Assembly (NCBI RefSeq): GCF_964355755.1
Contig: NC_092670.1
Location: forward strand, 9,786,201-9,850,200
Reading direction: 5' to 3'
DNA length: 64,000 bases
DNA from: Antedon mediterranea
Taxonomy: Eukaryota > Animalia > Echinodermata
A program made the translations under genes and the position numbers. Below the pieces are notes generated by a model. That model ran no database searches and was not told where the DNA came from. It worked only from the letters and a program-made list of their open reading frames with translations. Shown piece after piece: positions 58,101 through 64,000 of this stretch (its first letter is position 1; every line of letters begins with the position of its first letter).

Positions 58101-60985
58101 TAACAAATGCCTTTAATAATTGTGAAATTAAACCAGCTTGGTTACATCAATGTTTGTTGCCGCGTAGACTTTGACTTAGTTCACTCTGCGTACGTGCTAA
58201 TACTATGTTTCTCTTGTGCGTTAACGTTTCACATTGTTGAATTGATTTTCCGTAGCGACTGACTGCAGTCAACATCAGTGATTCCTCTGTCCAATAAATG
58301 ACAGGGGCAGCGATTGTAATCTTGATGAAAAAAATTAATAATCCTTTCTCTTTTGTTTTCAGACCACGACATTGATAGGTTTACTGAAGACAGCGCGATT
58401 ATTGCGGTTAGTGAGAGTAGCAAGAAAGCTTGATCGTTATTCCGAGTATGGTGCTGCAGTGTTACTTCTCCTTATGTGCACATTCGCACTTATTGCGCAT
58501 TGGTTGGCGTGCATCTGGTACGCTATCGGAAACGTTGAACACGGCGCTTTACCAGATGATCGAAAAATTGGCTGGTTAGATAATCTAGCAGAACAGACGA
58601 ACCAGCCGTACGGTAATGGCACTGGTCCATCGATACAGTCTCGTTATATAACAGCGCTATACTTCACTTTTAGTAGCTTAACAAGTGTAGGATTTGGCAA
58701 CGTGTCGCCTAACACGAATCCCGAGAAAATATTTTCAATTTGTGTAATGTTAATAGGCTGTAAGTATCCCTTTTTTTTTCATTTTTGTATGCTTCTAGAT
58801 TAAATATGCAATATATGTATTAAGTATAAAGGGATAGCACCAGAGATCTTAAGCTCTATCTACACTAGTTTGACAAAAATTATGTGCCCAAATATGGCAA
58901 TGATATGACTTCATCTTGTCCATATATGGGCACATCACATCATAGCTTTAGAATAACACTGGAGAAAGAGATACTGTACAAGGAAGCAACCTCAAAATTA
59001 ACATCATGATTAATAATAAGATAATTATAATGTAATGGCAGAGCCATATTCACCAGTGTTTTTTCCTTTGCGCTAGTATGAGAAATACCATAGAACCCTC
59101 ATTTGAGACACCCCTATTATTAGGGAAACTTTCTTGTAAATGGAGCACGGGGAAATGTTTTAACAAAGCCAACCCATATTTTTGTAGATTTTGAGAACAA
59201 TTTTTAACATAAGTTCATATGGCCGAGCGGTTAAGGCAGGGGCGCCGTTTACTGTACCTAAAGAGCCAACAACAACATCGGCAAGGGTTCGAGGCCGACT
59301 CGCTCCTAGTTCTGGTGGTGGAACAAGTCTTCTCGGATAAGGACTATAAACCGTAGGTCCAGTGTACACAGTTATAACCTGTGTGTACTTTAAAGAACCC
59401 AGTTCATTATTCGAAAAAGAGTAGGGGGTTACCCCGGTGAACTGGTTCACACAATAGCCCTGTATCAGGGGGATTACCACCTATCTGATAGGACTGTGAT
59501 TAATTCACTATTGGTAATCCTTGGCCACATTGCCTAAAGACATAAAATAAAATAAAAAAATAAATAAAAATACTTGTTTGGTTTTTTTTTTAGCTTTAAT
59601 GTATGCTAGTATTTTCGGTAATGTTTCGGCCATCATTCAAAGGCTTTATTCTGGAACTGCACGCTATCATACCCAAATGTTGCGTGTCAAGGAGTTTATA
59701 CGTTTTCACCAAATACCTAATCCTCTACGGCAACGTTTGGAGGAGTACTTCCAACATGCTTGGTCTTATACCAATGGTATTGACATGAATATGGTAAGTG
59801 ACTTTTATAATGTTATAGATATTAGCTAGCTTGAATTTAAACATATAATATTGAAATTTTGTCCAATTTTTATGTTGAATATGACATTTCAATGTCACAT
59901 TTAGTTACGGTATTCTCATTTACCAAAAATTTGATTGAAAAAAAAAATGTTTACCTGAAAAACTGAGAAAATGGTCAATTTTACTTTTATTGTTTTTTCT
60001 ATTCATCTATAATTTTTAGTTTTAGTGACATTTTTTTAAAATTAAATTATTCAGGTCCTCAAAGGCTTCCCAGAGTGCCTTCAAGCGGATATATGCCTTC
60101 ACCTTAATCGCAATTTACTTAATAACTGTCCTGCATTCAAGGGCGCCAGTCCAGGCTGTCTGAGGGCGCTTTCTATGAAGTTCAAAACGACACATGCGCC
60201 TCCTGGTGACACGTTGGTTCACCGCGGAGATGTGCTGAATTCTCTTTACTTCATAAGTAGGGGCTCAATAGAGATCCTGAAAGATGATATTGTTCTGGCC
60301 ATTCTTGGTTTGTAAACTGTTTTATTTCAAAAACTCAATGTTTGACATAAAAGATCGTATTTTACTTAGCTTCTGTGGTAATTAATGAGGCATGAATGAT
60401 GTACTTGTTATACAGCAAAAGAACATTTAAATGGATAGTGACCGTTCCCGATTCATCTCCATACTCCATTTTTTGTAAATAAGCCTCGATAACACTGAGC
60501 TAAATTTTGGTCAAATTAACAGAGTCGCTATTTAAATTAACCACAGAATTAAATATACCAAGTCCAAATGGTTACTTTTACTAACTAATGCCTGCCCAGT
60601 AGAACTTACCATGGTCTCTAAAAGTAACCATGCCAGCTAAAAAGTCCAGTGAGAAACTCTATACTGCCCAGTGATATACTGTGTAAGAAACCGGACATTT
60701 CTGACCTGAAGAAAGTTTCTATTAAATAAAACATTTGGTGGGAATAAATTATTTGAATAGTTTAAGATTGTTTCCTTTGCTCTATATTTAGGAAAAGACG
60801 ACGTATTTGGAGAGAACTTTTGCCAATATGTGACTGTAGGAAAGTCAAAGTGTAATGTTAGAGCACTAACGTACTGTGATTTGCACAAGATTGTGCGAGA
60901 AGATTTGATGGAAATTTTGGGAATGTACCCGGAATTCTACGAACAATTTTCCCAAAATCTTGAAATAACATTTGAATTACGAGAT
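21991..60985 (+). CDS. KCNH2: Erg-family (Kv11, KCNH2/6/7-like) voltage-gated potassium channel; multi-exon gene, partial at both ends
   Basis: Spliced exons 21991-22167, 34309-34764, 38444-38640, 52502-52954, 58363-58759, 59594-59793, 60055-60307 and 60792-60985 join in frame with AG/GT ends. The translation contains Erg hallmarks [71 protein letters not shown] and the CNBHD. Orthology to a single vertebrate paralog is not implied. Confidence 0.97.
25052..26307. mobile_element. Non-autonomous PIF/Harbinger-like DNA transposon, ~1.26 kb
   Basis: TIR GGCCAAATAAAAAAATATACTTGTTAAGCGTCAC and its complement GTGACGCTTAACAAGTATGTTTTTTTATTTGGCC, with TTA on both sides. CpG-rich interior, no transposase ORF. 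Confidence 0.85.
27059..27115 (+). CDS. Candidate 57-nt symmetric cassette exon in the Erg N-terminal linker
   Basis: ttacag|GATCAAAA...GCTACAG|gtagtt, phase 1-1 and open in the Erg frame ([19 protein letters not shown]). No homology support. Confidence 0.5.
28607..28880. repeat. Imperfect tandem repeat, 4 copies of a core
   Basis: aacattctcagagtgaattggggtagaacctt recurs four times with variable spacers. Confidence 0.85.
30008..30191. mobile_element. Palindromic Tourist-like MITE (184 bp); degenerate interrupted copy at ~23240-23675
   Basis: TIRs AGCTTGGTTCCCACTAG / CTAGTGGGAACCACGCT, TAA TSD, and nearly full-length fold-back. Confidence 0.85.
31093..31459. repeat. 91-bp tandem repeat, 4 copies
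   Basis: Unit gtttatagaacccagtatttttgtttgcgatgttaccctgg...ttgggggtgggggatgct. Generates the overlapping repetitive ORFs. Confidence 0.97.
31616..31645 (+). CDS. Candidate 30-nt symmetric microexon in the Erg N-terminal linker
   Basis: Long pyrimidine tract ttttgttttactctcctctttcctttc, gaaag acceptor and strong donor CAG|gtaagg. Phase 1-1, reads (D/H)FSLQYMLRA. Confidence 0.5.
34309..34764 (+). CDS. KCNH2: Erg proximal N-terminal exon
   Basis: ccttacag|CAAAT...CATACAG|gttagt, 456 nt, phase 1-1. Contains RTFRLRLP (hERG KTFRLKLP) and SVRRASSVD (hERG SVRRASSAD). Confidence 0.88.
35800..37052. mobile_element. Non-autonomous hAT transposon, ~1.25 kb
   Basis: Perfect 15-bp TIR CAGTGGCGTATCCAG / CTGGATACGCCACTG and perfect 8-bp TSD TCTACTTT (35792-35799, 37053-37060). 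Confidence 0.93.
38444..38640 (+). CDS. KCNH2: Erg proximal N-terminal exon preceding S1
   Basis: tttacag|TATCA...CTCACTCAG|gtttgt, 197 nt, phase 1-0 and open. Ends NNVGGNLTQ (hERG HNVTEKVTQ) and joins VLSLG. Confidence 0.85.
39388..40235. mobile_element. Non-autonomous Tc1/mariner-pogo-like transposon, ~850 bp
   Basis: TIR CCGTATATTTCGGTGTATAAGTCGCAC with complement GTGTGACTTATACACCAAAATATACGG, TA TSD, and subterminal gtataagacgcacc repeats. Confidence 0.9.
42715..43125. repeat. ~140-bp tandem repeat, ~3 copies
   Basis: gaaacaaatgataggcaatatttggccaccccta recurs three times with colinear flanks. Confidence 0.9.
43648..43865 (+). mobile_element. Degenerate tRNA-headed Deu/Nin-type SINE copy
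   Basis: Colinear with 59212-59571 (taaagagccaacaa...ggttcaaggccgactcg...gataagggctataaaccgta...ggttaccc). Confidence 0.8.
45076..45135 (+). CDS. Candidate alternative first coding exon (ERG1b-like short basic N-terminus)
   Basis: ATG at 45076 gives [20 protein letters not shown], followed by the consensus donor gtaagt in phase 0, matching the phase-0 acceptor at 52502. Confidence 0.5.
45505..45598 (-). mobile_element. Short fold-back insertion, Penelope-like remnant
   Basis: 26-bp inverted arms (45522-45547 / 45573-45598, 2 mismatches), loop containing gacgtttcgac, and flanking 12-bp direct repeat aaatataataaa. Confidence 0.5.
46765..46962. mobile_element. Member of a high-copy degenerate MITE family (gtgtcccct.aatag.gg motifs); other fragments near 22268, 28170, 30310, 34813, 37200, 45895, 46245, 48010 and 59092
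   Basis: Repeated cccctattaaggggaca / tgtcccctgaatagagg-type motifs; the copy at 34813 begins TA-CAGTAGAA. Confidence 0.6.
50225..50425 (-). mobile_element. Degenerate Deu/Nin-type SINE copy, minus strand
   Basis: Reverse complement matches ttctggtggt...gtcttct.ggataa.gactataaa...gtactttaaagaacc...gagtagg. Confidence 0.75.
50915..51275. repeat. ~140-bp tandem repeat, ~3 copies
   Basis: ccaggtgtatagt...cataaagactggatgaatattaagtatata recurs three times. Confidence 0.9.
51542..51800 (+). mobile_element. Decayed L2/CR1-group LINE ORF2 C-terminal fragment
   Basis: Translates as [15 protein letters not shown], matching the LHWLP...FK motif; downstream sequence is degenerate and the 3' boundary is approximate. 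Confidence 0.55.
52502..52954 (+). CDS. KCNH2: Erg exon S1-S3
   Basis: ttttcag|GTGCTG...AAAGAG|gtgagt, 453 nt. Reads VLSLGPEV...[15 protein letters not shown]...[10 protein letters not shown]...[20 protein letters not shown]. Confidence 0.98.
53955..54460. repeat. ~500-bp low-complexity polypyrimidine (CT-rich) tract
   Basis: Almost exclusively C/T on the + strand; source of the F/L/S- and K/E/R-rich spurious ORFs. Confidence 0.95.
55123..55410 (+). mobile_element. Degenerate tRNA-headed Deu/Nin-type SINE copy
   Basis: tggcgagcggttaag...tcttctcagataaggactataaa...gcactttaaagaacc...gagtagggggttaccc. Confidence 0.8.
55697..55972. repeat. 34-bp perfect tandem repeat, 8 copies
   Basis: Unit aatgaaatgtcataatttgatgtgaacactatac. 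Confidence 0.98.
58363..58759 (+). CDS. KCNH2: Erg exon S4-S5-pore-S6 start
   Basis: ttttcag|ACCACG...ATAGGCT|gtaagt, 397 nt. Contains the S4 arginine repeat and the SVGFG selectivity filter. Confidence 0.98.
59212..59571 (+). mobile_element. Full-length tRNA-headed SINE with Deu/Nin-like core
   Basis: A box tggccgagcgg, B box ggttcgaggcc, core gtcttctcggataaggactataaaccgtaggtcc...ttaaagaaccc...aagagtagggggttaccccggtg, and an A-rich (TAAAA)n tail. Core assignment rests on remembered resemblance to the SINE3/AmnSINE Deu domain. Confidence 0.85.
59594..59793 (+). CDS. KCNH2: Erg exon S6 end and C-linker
   Basis: tttttag|CTTTA...AATATG|gtaagt, 200 nt. Reads [29 protein letters not shown]...[12 protein letters not shown]. 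Confidence 0.98.
60055..60307 (+). CDS. KCNH2: Erg exon C-linker/CNBHD first half
   Basis: ttcag|GTCCTC...ATTCTTG|gtttgt, 253 nt. Reads [18 protein letters not shown]...[18 protein letters not shown]...[11 protein letters not shown]. Not in the ORF track. Confidence 0.97.
60792..60985 (+). CDS. KCNH2: Erg exon CNBHD second half
   Basis: tttag|GAAAA...CGAGAT|gtaagt, 194 nt. Reads GKDDVFGE...[12 protein letters not shown]...MYPEF...LEITFELRD. Confidence 0.97.
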
Positions 60986-61444
60986 GTAAGTACATTTTAG
61001 AATTTTTTTTGGAATAATTTTTTCATTGTTAATCTGATATACAATTTTACCATATTTGTCAAATGGACATAAACAAATACAGTATGTATTTATTCATAAA
61101 AGATACAGAAATGTTTTAAATTAATGATTAAAAGAATTAAAAATGGACAAATGGACATATGGTTGATCTTGCCATACGTGGCACATTCCATTATTGTTAT
61201 GGGGGTCAAAATGATTCATTGTTTATTAATTAATAAACGAATACATTCATTTTATTGTCATAATAATACATTACTGGTACTGTACATAATGAAATTTGTG
61301 TTGAAAATAATACTCCAGTAAAAATTAATGTACACATATATTACCATAATAATAATAACTTTTAATACTACCATAATAAATTAATGGTACATAATAGATA
61401 AATATATAATATATACAAGATCGAGTTCGAACAATACCATGAAA

Positions 61445-61516
61445 GCCCCAGTGGTCTAATGGTTAGGACATCTGCATATCAAGCAGGCAGTCCGAGTTCG
61501 AGTCTCGGTTTGGGCG
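61445..61516 (+). pseudogene. tRNA-like sequence (72 nt, anticodon ATC, Asp-like) inside a small repeat element
   Basis: Cloverleaf: GCCCCAG/TTTGGGC acceptor (one mismatch), GTCT/GGAC D stem, TCTGC-ATATCAA-GCAGG anticodon arm, CCGAG-TTCGAGT-CTCGG T arm, then TTTTT. A decayed relative lies at ~52078-52180. Confidence 0.7.
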
Positions 61517-62505
61517 ACTTTTTCTCATTCTCACAGATTTCCTCATCTTTATCGTTTCAAATTAATTAATTAAATTTCAGTATATCACCGGGCGGTTTAG
61601 AATTAATGTTCTTTGCCTGATTTGTCAATATATACAAGATATATATTTATTGTCACTTTTGAAAATACAAAAGTGAAATTTTTTTTCCTGATGCTAAAAC
61701 AAGTAAAACAATAGCAGAGGTAAAAACAGACAAAAACTATTTAAAAAACATTGTTTACAAGGAATCATACGCCCTAAAAGTTGAGTACCAATTGATTAAA
61801 GATGTATTGATAAAATAAAACTTTGAAAAGGCCATCTCGCAGTTATAATAAGTATTGAAATCACTTCCGTAGAAAAAATAATGTTTGCACATTACATATC
61901 ACAAGACAAAATAAAATTCAAACAAAAAAATCTATTGGCAGCCAATTTGACCAATTTTTTTTCAATTCAATTTTTAGTCAAAGTGATTATGTGACATATT
62001 AAAAAAAAATTCTTTGTTACGATATAACATGGGCATTATTTATAGAATATCTTGGAACATAAAATGAATATAAATTGATAATTTTATATTAAATTACAGT
62101 GTATGTCATTGGTTGATCTTTGCGCCAATGCATACTGTAGCAGCACCCTGGGATTTATTTATAGAATATCCGTAAGAGAATTATTTTAAAATATTATTTG
62201 TAATGACATAGGTCGATGGTTTGCTCGAAGAATAATTTAATATTATTACAGAATTAAATCTATGAATGAATTTGTGGCTCGATATTCGTGGCAATATCAC
62301 AGTAGATAGGTAATCTGATATCCAGAAGACTGCCTTTCGTCTCAGTTTTGCTCATTAGCTATGTAGAGATCTATTAATAGATTGTTACTGAAATTACTCA
62401 ATGAACAAGCGACCTGATAACATATTTTAAATCTTTTAATCACAAAATAGTCTGTTTTTGAAGGAAAAAAAATGTGCTGGATACATAAAACCCTTAAAAC
62501 ATTAA

Positions 62506-62791
62506 GGGGCTGTTCAGAACTACGGAGTTATGCTTACGTATGGTACACGGCAGACAACTCCATAAGTCTGAACCAGGGAAAGATTAGTGGAAGCCTTCTC
62601 TTACGACACATTTGACATCTAACCAATCAAATTTACTCCTGCATACCAGATGTTCACCCAAATTGGTGACGCTTCAGTTTATAACGAAGGCGTTGGTTAA
62701 GCAAATCTGAACACTTTGCGGTTACGACTCTAATTATAATATGACATTGCTTGTAATACCAAAGCATAACTGCATAGATCTAAACATACCC
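62506..62791. mobile_element. Degenerate Harbinger-like MITE
   Basis: Imperfect TIRs ggggctgttcaga / tctaaacataccc, with TAA/TTA flanks and internal tctgaac repeats. Confidence 0.45.
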
Positions 62792-64000
62792 TTACACTTG
62801 GATATATCAAGAAGGATTTTAGGTTTAAGGAAAGAAAATTGTGTTTTCGAAGATAGCATGTGTTTATAAAAATGGATAAAAATAGTGCTGATTGATATGA
62901 GGATATTCTTTCTTTTCTTTACTATTTATAGAGTCTATCAAATTTTAAAACAGAATCTATACAAACGTCATAAACAAACTACTCTGTGTTGCCATTCTCC
63001 GTTTTATTTTTTAATTAAGTGTTTGTACGCAATAATATATGTTTTCAATGGATTCTTGCAAATTTTATATTTTTAGAAAGTCAATTTAAGCCCATCAGAA
63101 AGCAGAAAATGGCGTGGCATTTTCTGGTTTTACATGCTTAGTGATTGTGTTCATCTATAAAAAATTTGTTGTGGAGATACAGGGATATTGATTTGTTTTT
63201 ACTTTTATGCATTGAACACCTTGTTAATGTTACGAGCTGATTTAAGTTAGCCGTCTTTAATACTCCTTTCGTCTGAAATTAAATGCGAACCCAATACAAC
63301 CAGCGGGCGTGTTTACTAATTTCGATTTATTAAAGGTTTTATATAACAAAGAGAAAGGCCAAACCAAATTGATTACTAATGCTGTGATTGGTCACAGAAC
63401 AGCGAGGTTATTTCATATTAATTTAATACAATATTGTAAATACTACAACTTAGTGTGGGATATAAGCGTGTGCGAACATGATTGTTTAATAACGCTAAAC
63501 AGGAAAGGTGTAATCCAACACAGGAATATTGCTTTTTAAAACACGACTGTAACGATTCACTCGTTAGTATCGTATTATTAAGTTTAATTTGATCACCTAG
63601 TCTTTGTAATAATTTTAATCATCTTGTAATTTATGATGCCGATATTAGCAAAATCTAACTTGGTGTTTGATTTCAAGAGTTCTGCCAATCTTTCAGTTTA
63701 AAGGTTAATGTATTCTTATAAATGAAAATGAAGCCAAGTCATTAGTTGCCATGACATTGCAACAATTGTGCCCAATAAATACAATATGAATATTGTAATG
63801 ACGCTTAATATTTGAAATAGTATTGACACACGTACACTCTAATTTAAGAACTTTTAATTTATAAAAAAAAAAAATTTCCAATTAAAGAAAATGCAATTAT
63901 TAAAAGTTTTTTCGAATATTAAAAGCTATCAAATTTTAAAAAAGATGTTTCTATGTCAACCCAGGTAACAAATTATGTTAGAAATAAATGACTATGTTCT

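Noticed and set aside
61445-61516. Functional tRNA-Asp gene
   Set aside because: ATC anticodon, purine at position 32, acceptor mismatch, and a decayed sibling with shared flanks indicate a repeat-borne tRNA-like sequence.
63077-63160. Possible next Erg exon after ttttag (KVNLSPSESRKW...)
   Set aside because: No recognisable homology or good donor; runs into a stop.

Overview
AT-rich (visibly low GC) animal genomic DNA, probably from an invertebrate; the taxon is an inference. Most or all of the window lies in one large + strand gene for an ether-a-go-go-related (Erg, KCNH2/6/7 family, Kv11) voltage-gated K+ channel. I assembled eight well-supported coding exons by hand, with GT-AG boundaries and consistent phases: PAC, two proximal N-terminal linker exons, S1-S3, S4-pore-S6, C-linker and two CNBHD exons. 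The first PAS exons and the C-terminal exons were not found and probably lie outside the window. Candidate additions are two in-frame cassette exons (57 and 30 nt) and an ERG1b-like alternative first exon with a short basic N-terminus. The introns contain a 5S-rRNA-derived SINE, tRNA-headed Deu/Nin-type SINEs, a tRNA-like element with an ATC anticodon, hAT, Harbinger and Tc1/mariner MITEs, LINE remnants, a Penelope-like mini-insertion, several minisatellites and TA>TACWGTA transposon-excision footprints. There are no prokaryotic features, and almost all ORFs in the track are spurious.
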